A DNA stretch of 61,480 nucleotides, filler included, from Choristocarpus tenellus KU-1152 (GCA_964200185.2; 10 parts of 10 records of this genome joined end to end with filler, not necessarily neighbours in it), one strand, 5' to 3'; numbered from the whole stretch's first letter, positions 37,586-50,818 are shown. A program made the numbers and translations. Notes: a model not told the origin generated them from the sequence alone.

Positions 37586-38700
37586 CTGGTCCATGTACTC
37601 AAATATCATGAAGAGCACATCTGCAGCAGCATACTGGATATCCCGGAGGCCGACCACACAAGGGTGGCATAGCTCTCGGAGAAGGGATATCTCCCTGTAA
37701 ATACATAAATGCACAAATATGTACACGAGTATGCACCCAATAAGCACCAGGACAAAAAGGAACACAAGAAATAAAAAGATAAACATTGGGAAATATATAC
37801 ATACAGTAAATAAATTAAGAGAGCGCAAAGATAGCACGTGACAAACACTCAAAAAGTCCAGTATATCCATCTGCCAGGCAGACACCCACTATGCCTGCAA
37901 GTAAAGTCGTTAGCTATAGACAGAAACTCATACATGCTGAAAGACAAGTATAGAAAGCAATATGTTGTGGTCAAGAAAATTCATAGGGACTGACTTTGTT
38001 CAGCGGCATATACAACCATACTTGAACCAGTGACAGTTGACAGCGCTTTGAGTATACTTTACCACACCATCAATAAACTTCACATCATCATATTGTCTCA
38101 CCCATAAAAACATCCATAAAAACATATGACCTTGCATGTGATCCAGGGTATGCCATTTTGCATGTAATATGAAGTATTTTGCAGTTCAAGAGCCACTATA
38201 ATACTGGTTAAATAGAGAGGGATGTCAGAGACCCCCCCCCCCCATTACCCTTACCGAGACAGTCTTAGGTTCAGTTTTCAGCCCTAACCCTTACCCAATG
38301 AAGCAGACACTGTGCTGACATTCTACCCTTATTGGCCAAAGACAAGTGCAGTGTACCTACTTGTGTTCAGCTCAAAATCAAGCCAATGCCCCAAGCCATG
38401 TGAACAAAATATTGACTCCAAAGCATACCCAAAGAAGGGCTGAGGTGGGAAAGGGAAGTGGGGCAACGATTTGAGCAGCAAATAGCACACAAAAGCCACA
38501 CTGCATATTACCATAAGGGATATTTCAACCACCTCCCACAGCAGACTTGCTGAAAGTCTGCCTCTAAATATCCTAACCCTATATGCTCGCCTCATGGTAG
38601 TTGGTGGTACTCCCTCATCCAAGTCCTGCAGCTTAACCCTCTTCAAGGCAACATATGATCCTGTTGCTGTGACCTTTGCTTTGAACACTGTGCCATAAGT
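37586..38700 (-). CDS. Cyclin-dependent kinase (CDK1/CDKB-like), partial
   Basis: Exon 38591-38700 (TYGTVFKAK..VALKRVKLQDLDEGVPPTTM) splices via a GC-AG intron to exon 37586-37694 (REISLLRELCHPCVVGLRDI..LFMIFEYMDQ), giving kinase subdomains I-V. The 5' exon(s) are probably near 39000-39300 but are unresolved. Confidence 0.9.
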
Positions 38701-41189
38701 CTGTTCAGGTGTACGTTCAAAAGTGTTTGTGGAAGACATACAAACACACAGATACGCATAAATGCAAGCATGCACCAAGGGGGGAAATGGAAGGGATGCA
38801 TATTTGGGGGAGGGGAGGGATAAGAAGAACATTTGATGAGACTTAGAAAATTTACAAAATCCACTCGTAATGTCACTTGGTACGTCCAAATGGTAAAGTG
38901 GGCAGCTGAATTTGAAGTTAGAGGGCATTGCATCACCTCAAACGGTGTTACCAAGATACTTCAGGACAAAAGGAAGGTAGCATGTTTGAACATGAGGTTC
39001 AGTTACCTGTCGACTCTGAAGGTTGGGTTCTTGTGAGGTCAGGTATGTAGTTCAACTACCCAAAAAGGAGCAAATGAATACAGCAACACGGAGGAGACTT
39101 TTCTCTCCCGCACAAAAGGAGGATTGAGAGAAGCCATTGAGTTCATGCGGACAATCTTCTCCCCGTTGCAACATCTTTCTTTGTAACCATCTTACAACCT
39201 TCATAACGACCCACAAAACTCGATAACACTCTCTTCTTAGGTGATATCACTCCCGATTTTGAGCTTTGCGTTGTTCCTGTGCTTCTCATCTCCATTGGCT
39301 AAACGGCAGTTGCGATTAGGCAGAGTCGATATTGATCTACAGGAATTCCCTACCAGAAATCGGCGACTGCATAGCATGAGGTGGCCTCGCAATTCTTTGT
39401 ACAAGTGCGCGGTAGTGACATGTGCTTTTGGCCTTGTCGGTAGTGTGTGTGTGTGTTGATTGAATTGGGAACAGAGGGAAGGAAAAGGGGGGCTAGAAGG
39501 GGGTCACAGAGACTAAAATTATCCAGATAGAGTACCCTTGACGGGGTTTCACTCAAGTGACATTCAAGAGGAAAAGGTTGCGAGTGCCTATTCTACACCA
39601 TCCGCACTGACAAAATATCCTGCACAATAGCAAAGAATATCCTGGAAGTGGAGACGAAAAATCATTCGTCATAAGGTAGGTTTTTCTGATTTAGCTGTTC
39701 TTGGTTTAATAGCGAGACTATATTGATGCGTTGTCGAAGGGCATTTCCCTTAAGCTGAGTCCCAGTGCAACAACAGGCGGTCCTATGGGTAACAAAGATC
39801 GAAGGGTATGAATCTTGAAGTTGAGGACGTCAACCTTCATGAAATCTTCGACCCAGATCTCTACATGTATCGATAATAGGCAAGAATGGCGGAACAGCTA
39901 GGCATGGATAGACTACCTTAGTGGAGGCAAGGGGGTGAGGGTTATTTCCTCGGTCATTGGGGAGACAACAGGCAGTACGTTCTTACGAGCTGGAATCACA
40001 AACATAAGTGGGTGGAGAAGTAGATAATTCTAAGAGCGCTTTCATAGCTCAAGAATCCACGTAGGAAAATGAAAATAGGATTCAGACATTCAAACCTACG
40101 CAAAGACACCTTACCCCTTCTCCGATCTTCTCCAGCTCCTCGTAAGCATTCATTTCTCCACTACCACTTGAAAAGGATTGGAATAGTGCAAATGTCCTTC
40201 ATTCCCTCAGAGTCGTGATCCTTCCCATGCCCCAAACATCAACCACCTCTTCCGAAGTGGATGTTCCCTTTGCACCTTCCCTCTGAGTTGGGATACAATG
40301 ATGTCAAAGTGAAAGGGATATTTGATATTTGATACAGTCATCAAACAAAATATTTATGTATAGGAAAGAGACAGGTGACTGGTAAAAGAGAACATATATA
40401 GTAATGTACAAATCAAACTTTTGCATTAATTTAGTGTATTATTGTTGTACTACTTCACGTTTACCAGATGTTTGCGGAAGAATCAAATTATATATTTATT
40501 GATGACTGGAGCAACAAAAAAACAACTTTGAACGTATAATAACGTCAGGTAATTCTTTCAAAAAATCATTTGTACTCGGTTGTAGTTAAATATTTATTAT
40601 GGGGGTAAGATATTTCTATTCTAACTTCAGACATACACACTAAAGATTATGTAAGGTAGAAAGAAGGAACAACGAAGGTGGAGGATGTAACAACCACCAC
40701 AACAACACACTATCACCGTTAATTTTTTTGAGGAAATTTCATACTATTTTTCTACCCCCGCTATCACATCATTCGATATTGACAAGATCGAAATCGAGTT
40801 GCAAGTTCGAACGAGGACTCTACTATTTGTCCTAACCGAAGAGGTATCAAGTAGTAGTAGTTTGAGAACCAGTGCAGGGTGTAGTGTCCCTCTGATCACG
40901 GGTCCAGATAATCCCGACATAATAAGGGAAAGTAAAGACAAGCGTTCACACCATTGACAAATATCATCGAACTCATCTCTGTGCTTCACAAATCATCAGT
41001 GGACAAGAAATATATACAAATATTTTTACGCCAAGGTTTAATAAGGAGTGGTGAAGGTGTACAAATCATTTGTAACCATGAATCTTGTACCGCAAATCAT
41101 GTACTGAGTAAAACTCCACGTTGAGGAATGATCTATAAACCCCTCTATTACATGGACATTATTTGTAGCGCCATATCACTCACAATTTT

Positions 41190-41398
41190 GAGTGAAAGTA
41201 TCTTAGTGGGTATGAGTTTTTCCCTGTTTGTCCATTTGGGGCTTGGCTTTTCCACGGGTTTTTAGTAACATTCTACTTACTCAAACATTTTTAGGAGTAG
41301 GTAAAATGTTTACATTATGAAAAGGTGTGTCCGATTTTGTCCGATTGGATTTTGACCCCCAAATGGACGCAGCTCTACCCTCTAAGATACTTTGGTTC
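41190..41398. mobile_element. MITE family A with internal deletion
   Basis: Both TIRs present, with TSD TTT/TTT. Confidence 0.85.
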
Positions 41399-42090
41399 TT
41401 TTATTGTGTATAAATCATATGTCCTTATGTGTCGAGATTATATAATTTTGAATTACTGATCTGTCCATGCATCGATCGGACAAATCAAATCAATTTGTGG
41501 CATACAAATCAATTTTTAACAAAACAACGGCTGTTTTGGTCATAAATTTGAGCTATGCGCGTCGGCACACATCCTCACAAATCAAAGATTTAGGAGTTAA
41601 CTCTTTCTTTCGTGGATCCGAATCATTTGTACCCATTCATACTTCTGATAGTTGTATGGGACAAATCCTCCGACAACCAGATGAAATGTGTATCAACATA
41701 TTGTGATTTGTACAACTTGTCCTTACAAGGGTAAATCGTTGGGGAGAGATTGAAGTCAAAGCATTTATACTGGGGGAACCGTTTGTACATCTTTTAGGAG
41801 AGTGGTAGTACACACTTTTGTAGATGTTTCACAGAGAGGCGAATGGCACAACAAATATTTTTATACGTTTTCGTGTATGAGGGGGGTGGTACGACAAATA
41901 ATTTAAGTCTGTCGCAGAAAAGGGGTACTACCAACAAATATTTGTACATATTCTTGAATTGGGAGTGATGATACCGATAAGAAGAATGCAAACACTGACC
42001 ACTATTATACGGGAAAATACACGTGTACGTGCTTTTAAATTTTAAATTTTAATTTAAAGGGACTGTAACGACGCACAATATAGACGTCGT

Positions 42091-42230
42091 ATTAACAGTA
42101 AATAGATTAGTGGCTTTGACACTTATGACAACTGTTACTTTTTTAGGGACTTTTCTGACATGTGAATATTATTAATTAGTTTTTCCCTTGACACATCTAC
42201 GAAATGTCAGAGGACATAATAATAATAAAA
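42091..42230 (+). mobile_element. Very short retroposed LINE 3' end
   Basis: REL-LINE 3' UTR with a (TAA)n tail. TSD AATATAGACGTCGT (42077-42090) / AACATAGACGTCAT (42231-42244). Confidence 0.8.
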
Positions 42231-43495
42231 AACATAGACGTCATCTTTTTCAGGACCCTGATAGAGCTTCTGGGATGAGAAAACTTATGAAGTAATGTGA
42301 GATTTGTGAGAGTGGGAAATCACAGTGGTACATAACTACAACGGTAAGTTGAGTCATAGAATGAGAAGAAGAAGAAGATTGGCTGGGAGTTGGACAGTAT
42401 AAATCAAGAAGTTAATGGGAAGTGAATGGCAGGAGAATAAGGGAGGTAAAGGAGTGGAGCAGGATGAAAGATAAGAAGCAAAATAGGGTAGTGAATAGGG
42501 ATAGATATAATTGAATGGAGTCCTGATCACGTGATCATAGCTATTTATGCCACTCAGTTTGCAAACTTATGTAAGAAATAGGCAGATGGGGTCTGCTAAT
42601 TGAGTTGTTGAACTGATGGAGAGTTTTCGTTGGACAGTAGGATGATTGACTCTCAGATAACGTGTGGAAGTCATAGTTGGGGTAGATATCAGGTCTACGT
42701 CGATCAATGATGGATTTTGCTGTCCCAACTACCAACATTGTTCTTCCCCAGTCATTTGAAACGAAATCGAACAGTGAGGGCTCATCGTAGGTTATACTTA
42801 GGGTGATACTTTATGAAAGGGTCATGTGTGTGTGGAAGATCCAGGCTAGAAATAGGATTGGTAACTAGGCAGAGATACCCTTTAAGTCAATTGTCCTCCC
42901 TAAACGATTTATCTCTTATATCGCTTTGGTTACAAGCTAGGATATTCCTTGGCATTATTGAAAAGATGATAAGATTAGGTCGAATTTGTGGGGTGGTAGC
43001 TTGGGTGATTGCGATAGAGTCAGAATTGGGGATATTATGTTGTAGAGACAGGATCAGCAGCAGACTTTGTTGTCCTTGCTACAAGCAATAACAAGAATTG
43101 GAAACATTGAAGGGAATTGATCATGTCAGCACACCATATTGTGGTGAATAGCGGGATAGCCAGTGCCAGTCAAATCGCAGGAGGGGGACTTGTGGGAGAA
43201 TAGTGTGGATACTGTGGTGCATACATATATATACATCTGTTTATAGTCATGCTATGAGAGCATTATTCATCCTTGCTGGTCCTGTTCTAAGATAGAGCGT
43301 GAGAGAGAGAGAGAGAGATAGGGAGAAGGAGAGCAAAGGACACCCCACTTGGGTACCCAATTAATGTAAAGGTGAAAGTGTACCACTTTGGATGCCATGA
43401 ACGCCTTAGGTATTTTTGAGTTCTGCAGGGGTTCCCAATGGATGGTTGTAAGATTGAGAAGGAGGGTACACATATACAGAATGCTACACTGCTTT

Positions 43496-43672
43496 GGGTC
43501 AAAGTATCTGGGGGGGGGTTGCGGCTGTCCATATCGGGTCAATTTTTTCATGTGGCGATTTTTGGGTGATTTGGTTGCATACGTCTGGTGGATAATGTAA
43601 ATGTACTTTTCCTGATTCTGACCCAAATGGACACCCTGGTGTAGACACCCCCCCCCCCCCCCCCCCCCCCCA
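43496..43672. mobile_element. MITE family B, right TIR incomplete
   Basis: GGGTCAAAGTATCTGGGG and a family B interior ending in poly-C near the contig end. Confidence 0.8.
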
Positions 43673-43741
43673 CCCACGCTCTTTTTTTTTTTTTTGTAGT
43701 GTTTTTAATATAGAAAAGTGGGGGAAAGAGAAGGGGGGGGG

Positions 43742-43841
43742 NNNNNNNNNNNNNNNNNNNNNNNNNNNNNNNNNNNNNNNNNNNNTTAATTAATTAANNN
43801 NNNNNNNNNNNNNNNNNNNNNNNNNNNNNNNNNNNNNNNNN
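43742..43841. other. Artificial contig linker
   Basis: N44-TTAATTAATTAA-N44. Confidence 0.98.
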
Positions 43842-46800
43842 CCCTCCAACTGTTGTAGCCCCCCCCGTGAGCATCAACAAGCCACCAATATATCGCCTCG
43901 GCCAGCTCCTGGAGAAGAGATACAAGCCGTCCCTCCGCCCCCCTACCAGCATGTAGCCAGAACACACGGTCACCAAATCTTCGCCGGACTGCCACACCAC
44001 GCACAACAGCAGATGCTAGGACTGTCTTTCCCGTTCCACTCGAACCACTGATACCTGCTATGCCCATGGGCAGGAAAGGATGCAAGATGGTGCACCCCAC
44101 CTTCTCTGCAAGGAGAGTCCTTGGAAGAAAAGCTGGGGGCAATGGGGGAACTCTCTGCAATGGCACGGGCTCCCCTACTGTCATGAGTACTTTGGACACT
44201 GCCTTCCTTAAATCTTGCCGGAGGCCTGGGCCTTCTGACCAACGCACATGGTCCCAGGCTGATGTTCGCCACACAGCATCTGCATGCGGTCCATCCGGAC
44301 CCTCATTGCTGGCACGTGTGACCAGCTGTACCAGACAGCCAAGTCTTACAGGATCATCCAGAAGTGCTGCCAGGTCCTGCAAGCCCCTGGCTGTCAGTAT
44401 CTCAAACTGGAGCTTAGCCCAATACGATGGGCATGGTGGAAGACGCAATTCAGCACCCCCTTGACCTGCATCTGAGTTCAATTCTGTTTCTACCTGGCCC
44501 CCTGTCATCCCTCTCCTCCCAACACCAGCCCTACTCAGTCCTGAACCCTCCCACTTCCACACATGAGTCCTCTCACTGCTGGGATCCCGTTCCCACCTAG
44601 CCCTTTCTCCATTCTCACTCCCATCACCAACACTGCGATCGTCAGGCAGCATGGTTATTGCTGTTGCAATTCGGGTGCAGGATGGTCTCATGTCATACCC
44701 TTCACTGCAACTGAGCATCTCCTTCAGGAGACCCCCATCACCCGTCACCCCACTGTCAGCCTCTGCTGCCACCAGGAGAGGGAGTGCAAGCTTCCGAACA
44801 ACTGTACTGGTCCCATACTGCCTGGCAATGGATGTGAGCTCCAGCACTGCTCGCTTCATCTCGTTTAATCCCCCCCCCCCAGCACAAGCAGCCAGACTGG
44901 ATGAGGAGGAGGCGTTAAGCAAAGCCCAGGCACGGGCACATCGTCGGCACACCTCATCCAGGCAGGGACCACAGGCCTGGACACATACAGAGGTGATTGT
45001 GCTCTGAAATTCACGCAGTGCCTGGTATATACTCCCTAGAAGCAGCGCCTTGGGAGACATGGACTGACCAAATGAAGTATTCACACCCCAGCCAGGCTCC
45101 AGCACAGCCCATAACTCCTCAAAGCCAGATACACTCAAGCTAGCAACATTAGCAGTATCAGACAAATCTGGTTGAGTTATCACCTTCCCCACACCAACTG
45201 TATCTCTTGGTTCTATCTTCGGAGTCTGCAGGGATAAGGCCGATAGTCTCCGCGAAGCACCTGCCAAATGGATGGGAGTTGAACTCTCAATACTAGCAGT
45301 CTCAATTGTGGCAGGCCTTGATTTGGTCGCTGGGGTTGAAAATAGATGTGGCTGAGTCTCACTTGAGGTGACACCTGTCTCAGCACCAAGTTCCCGTGAC
45401 CCATCACCCATCACTGGTGATATTCTTGCTGAATTCTTGCTGCTGCTTTGATCTCCAAGCCCGGACATTGGCATACCCAACCGTATCCACTTGCTTCCCA
45501 CCAACGGAGAGTCTGAGTACGGCATCCCGTTAGCAGCTGCACCACCCTCTTTGCCCTTTGCCTCCATCATCTCACTCAGCCCCCCTCCCTCCTTTGCTCT
45601 CCTCCCCTTCCCAACATCCGGTGTTATCTCAGACGCATCAGTAGAAGAACACCGGCGCATTGCTGTAGGTGACCGACGATCTCCACCTGAAGAAACTGGC
45701 ATAGGTGGCCTATGAGAATGACTCCTGTACGGCACCTCTCGGACAACACCAGAGGCGATAGAGGCAGGAGGAGAAACCTGGGAAAGGGGAGAGGCAGCGG
45801 TACCACCTGAACGTGGTTGTACTTCAGCAGCAATGCTGATTGGCGAAGGCTCCACTGTCGCCATGGCAATACTTAGAGGTGACACTTGTGAGTCCTGAAA
45901 GGATGTTTTCTGAAAGGAAGTTTTCTGCCTCATAGTGGCCATATACACCCCTGATACTTTCCCATCCGTAAATGAACCCTCTGTAGTCTCGAGAGGTTTT
46001 TCATCACAATCTTGGCCATACAAGTCTGGGATCAAGTCACCAGCACCAACGGTGACAGCAATGTTGTACGGGGGCGTGAAGGCAGCATGGTATGGGGGCA
46101 GGGTTTTTTGTGCCTCCATCACTGGCGACGTGAAAGACATCGTCTGATCCAGGGCTGAGCTATCACTTGAGGAGGGTGAGGAAATGCTTGAGTTGAAACC
46201 TACACCTGTCCTGTCACTGAATGCATGTGAAGGAACTATACTGGATGCACTCCTCTTTAAATGCGGACGATCTGCATGGATATCCCCGAATGAACCCTCT
46301 GAGGGAACAGAAACCGACCATGGTCCCCCGCTTGGCCTGCGAGCAAGAAGGATAGGAGGCATTCCTGGAATAATATCTTCCACTGCAGCTTGTGTCGCCT
46401 TGTGGGATACCTTACCAGTAGCCTTAGATTCAGTCTTCGTCGCAATCCATGAACAGGTCTGCTGACGGAAAATCGCCACCAGTGCCGCACAGGTCGAACG
46501 GGTCTTGACCGTGACAAACAGGCTACCCTCAGTAAAGCGGAAGACAAGGGTACGCCCAGGAGTAGCGGGGAGGCCCCCAGGAACGCTTGTTGCTGGACCC
46601 ACCTGCCATGGACCGGATCGGGGCTTTCGGTTAATCACTTGATGGAAGGTGCGCCGATCGTGATCGATGGCAAAGGGCACATAGATAGGGTCAGTGCTAA
46701 AACAGATAGTCATGTAGACAACAACAGAATCCATGACGTACTCAACGTGGGAGGAATGACTGCGGTGTAACTCATATCCGCCACAAGGTTGGGTGGTAGG

Positions 46801-47077
46801 GTAGGACGGTTAACAGAGAAATATCTATACTTCCCCCTACCTACAAACCCACCTCTTGTAACACACTCAGACGGTATGTCTTGAGCGGCTTCTTCCAGAA
46901 CACAGGGTTGGTATTGAAGATCTCGATGGATGAACGATCGAGGCTGAGCCGTAAGGCTCGTTGTTCACTCTGCCCACGGCGTGTGTGCTTGGTTACGGCG
47001 ACCCCTGTCCCCAAGAGTTCGGGTAGGGCATCACTGACGTTCGCCACAAGAATCCCCTTCTCACCGATGTTGGACAT
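43842..47077 (-). CDS. PH-like domain + NB-ARC (STAND P-loop NTPase) protein, 3'-truncated by contig end
   Basis: Exon 46853-~47077 (GVAVTKHTRRGQSEQRALRLSLDRSSI..LQE) and the exon from 46602 (VGP..RTLVFRFTEGSLFVTV) together give a PLC/Mcp5-type PH fold pattern. A S/P-rich linker follows, then VPPLPPAFLPR..GISGSSGTGKTVLASAVV..RRRFGDRVFWL (NB-ARC Walker A and RNBS-A). Confidence 0.8.
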
Positions 47078-48113
47078 CCTGAACTAGTGCAGATCTACTA
47101 CCTGGTGAGCACATCCAGTCCTCTCTCTGGAGGCCGCAATGCGCGCTCCTCCAAAGACAAACTGCTGCAGTTCCCCTCTCAGACAGTTGTTCCCATAGTA
47201 AGCGACTATTCTGGGCAGATCCATATATGAGATTATAAGGATCGAACGCGAGTAGAGTCACGCTGGTGAGTTGGAAAAAGAATTGACCAAATAGGACATG
47301 AGAGTGCCATATCCAGGCCACCTCCACAACGCACTACATTGTCACCATAAAGCAAAACAGGAAAGAGAGCTTAACAAGTACAGAAAACGGTTTGATTTTT
47401 TCCTGCTCAACGTAGAGAAAGTCGTTCCAGTTATCGTAACATGAGTCACGAGACACACACAGTAGCCTGGCCTCCACTTGCAGAGCCACCAATAAGAAAT
47501 CCTCAACGAAGAACGATGCCCGCCATGAACGCCACTCAAACAGCACAGGGGATAGCACCAAATTCTAACAAAAACATTACCTGTCTCCGACTGGGGGATC
47601 GAGAGATGACTTAGGAGTATGCACACACTCTGAGCCGATCTTGTCTCCTTTTTGTCCAATTAAGTCAGCACAACCAAGACCTCGTACAGTTCTACCGTGA
47701 TGTTGTGGAGAGTATGCTCACAACGAAATACATTGTTTTTATTTTACTTTTCATTGTTCAACAACTTTTACTAATTCGGTTGTTTCAAAACACATAGAAG
47801 AGCATTATCCTTAACCCTAACAACGGCAATATCATTCCAACAGTACTATATAGGTATAATAAATGATTCCCAGGGGTAGGATCTAGGATGGTTACAAAAG
47901 TGTTGACGGTATATATCATCTATTATATACCATAGACTGTAGACTCCACAACTTCATACCATTCTAATTCCCTAACAAGAATTGTGAAAGTTGGAATATG
48001 GATGCATTGACAGTCACTAACTGTCAACTGAAAACAATACCTCTAAAATGGTGGGAGAACGTAGAAATTCTTGTTGTACGGAATACTCCACCCATTACAC
48101 CTACATATCTTTG

Positions 48114-48299
48114 ATTATTATGTCCTTTATGTAACATTTTACAGGTGTTTTAGGGGAAAAAATAATGAAAGTGTTTACATGTCTGAAAAATAACTTTAAA
48201 ACTGTTGTCGTAAATGTGGAAGATATTCATCAATTTGCTATTTCACTATCACCTATGCTGCACCACCGCCTTCCTCCAGGGTGAGGACCCAAGGAAGTA
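48114..48299 (-). mobile_element. Short REL-LINE 3' end, older copy
   Basis: Aligns with the adjacent copy's 3' UTR. Tail ATTATTATG on the + strand. Confidence 0.7.
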
Positions 48300-48310
48300 C
48301 CTACATACAT

Positions 48311-48735
48311 ATTATTATGCCCTCTGACATTTTGGAGATGTGTGAGGAGGAAAAACAATGAAACCTATTCACATGTCAGTATAAACCCTCTAAAGAAGTA
48401 AAATATGTCACAAATGCGAGAAACACTAATCTATTTGTTATTTCACTATGTTCTACCACTACCTTCCTGTGCCTCCAATCTACCTATTTCTGCACCCCAG
48501 GGTGAGGAGCTAGGCAGGCCTCCCAAGAATCCAACAAGCCCTCCTTACCCATCTCTCTGGTGACTCCAGCTTAAAACGCACGACACGTCTAGACAGTGCC
48601 ACTTGCGTTATTACTGAGACTATTTGGCGTAGGCGGGATTTGACTGGCCCTTTCCTGCCATAGCCTCCAGTTCCTCCCCCTCCCACCATGTGTGCAGCCA
48701 GCTCATCCAGGAAACGTTCCACTTGCTTGCCGAGG
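48311..48735 (-). mobile_element. 5'-truncated REL-type LINE with TSD
   Basis: LGKQVERFLDELAAHMVGG..KSRLRQIVSVITQVALSRRV followed by the 3' UTR and a TAA tail. TSD CCTACATACAT (48300-48310) / CCTACATACGT (48736-48746). Confidence 0.85.
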
Positions 48736-49009
48736 CCTACATACGTAGTAACATAGTATTATCAGTAAGTGTGCATGTATAAGGGGTTTTTTATTCTATT
48801 ATTTTTCCCTCTTAATTTTAAAGATGTGTCGAATATAGGAAGAAGAGAGGTAACACTTCAGCAGTCTCGGATATTTCCCATCATCACAATCACACACCCA
48901 TCCTCAATAGTTAGTTGTGGAAGCTAACATACCTCCTGAAAGTATTACCATTACGGAGTATCGCAGTGTGAACATCGATTCATCATACAATACATGCTAT
49001 GTGTTTAAG

Positions 49010-49255
49010 TTGTTGGAGACACCAGGGATATAGGCAAGGAGGGAGGGGTCTGTCAGATTCTTGGGATGCTTCCCTAGGTGCTTCCCCTGTGGTGTAGGGC
49101 TAAGCTAGGTTGGAGGCGTAGGACGGGAGTAGTGTAGCATAGCTGGTAGTCAAATGGTAAATAGATTCTAGAGATACAGCTTTCACATTTACGACAACTG
49201 TTTTACAGGAGTCCTTATGATATTGAATTGACTTTAAGGGCGTAATAACAGAATT
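49010..49255 (+). mobile_element. REL-LINE 3' end
   Basis: Aligns with 25510-25780 (GTCAGATTCTTGGG..TGTAGGGCTAAG..TTTCACATTTAC). Confidence 0.75.
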
Positions 49256-49469
49256 ATATGTATGTGTGTATTGTGTAGGAACCATACAAAAATGTGACTT
49301 TGTTGTTGTGTACGACATAGTAAATTATACAGATTTCAAGAAGTATGTTGGAAACCAGAACAATAATTGTAGCAGATAGTTCTAAGTTGTTTAGTCTTTT
49401 TCTCTATCCCTTTTGTCAAATATCGATAAAATGTCAGTAAGGGCCATAAAATGTATACGATATAAAAGG

Positions 49470-49593
49470 TTGATCCGGAACAAAGATTTTGACACTTCCT
49501 AACAATATGATAGCCAAAAGTACGTCAAAAATTACAACATTGGATTTTGGCCCCCAAATGGACATGACTCTACCCTCCAAGATACTTGAACTC
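49470..49593. mobile_element. MITE family A, right half
   Basis: Family A interior plus CCCTCCAAGATACTTGAACTC. Confidence 0.7.
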
Positions 49594-50818
49594 TTTGCCT
49601 TTACCTTGCACGCAATAGAGAATGTGGCAGTACAGAAATTTGGCAACGAAGTAAGAGGTGATGCCTTGACGAGAAGATCGTGAGGAATACTTTGTCGTAC
49701 TTGATAGCACCAGACCCCTTGCATAACCCACTTTTTCCATTAATGCACAGCACATCCCTGCTACGCAGCCACAGGCCACCTATGTGCTCCTCCTGATGGT
49801 GCAGCTGGAGCACTGTGGCTGCTTGCTAGCTGGTGGGGCTTACCCTTGTTTCCCTCTGGCATCGGCCATACAGTCCTGTGCCTTTCCTCCTGGTGCTGCT
49901 CCAGGACTGTTGCTGGTTAGTGGTGGATGCTCTTTTCTTTCCCCCCCAGTACGGTCCCTACGACTTTAAGCAGGCCAAGCCCCCCTATTGTCCCTTTCTT
50001 GAAGGGACTGATGGAGCACGCAGTGGCTTCTACCTGGTGGAAATTCCCTCGTCTTTCACCCAAATGCACCCTGCAGTACCTTATCCTGGCCATAGAAAGT
50101 CGTCAGCACTTCATTATGGTTGTTGCAAGTGAGTGGAAAGAGGACTTTGTAGGATTATTCCTCCACCGCAATATCGCAACAGGTTTGTCTGAGGGCATGT
50201 AATTATGTTGACAAACGGTAAAGAAATCATTGCAACGTTTGATGCAGGGACCAAGTACAAGAGATGCTGTTATTGCCAGGGACACCTAGAGAAGAATGAA
50301 ATAGTGCCTTTGCCACACGTTCGTCTGAGGCACAGATATGGACACAGAAACACAAATGGAGTGCAGGTTGCCCTCAACATCAGTCCCTTGGATCCCATAG
50401 CTCTAACCACCAACTTTTTCCTCGTGTTGAAAGGTCCGACGAAAGAAAGTTTATATCCTCACGTACCCACATAGACCCTGAGAACACATTTTCTGGTATG
50501 TTATGAGGGGTCTATAAAAATTACACTGCGGATGATGAGTGCGAACAATGGGAAGAGAGTACCAGACTGCTAACAAACATCGATCACCAAGGGTACAGAG
50601 TGCAAACCAAGTAAAATATCCCAGCGTGATTCTTAAGTGGTGTGCTTACCCTCGCCGAAAATGTCCCTGCGCGATTTAATAGCTTCATTTCGCGTAGTAA
50701 TAAAATGACGGGGAAAATGGAAAGAGAAAACTCGACCCAGTTAGGAAGGGCATGCAGAAACTTAGGCACCATGTACTAATTTATCAGTGTTAGTTATGAC
50801 AAGATGACATGAAGTAAT

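Noticed and set aside
42480-43100. Possible LINE APE or Penelope remnant on the minus strand
   Set aside because: Only vague motif echoes (SIID, YDH), not enough to call.
49780-50340. Possible extra minus-strand exons (TNVWQRHYFIL, PH-like) upstream of the NB-ARC gene
   Set aside because: An in-frame stop follows immediately, and I could not build a phase-consistent model.
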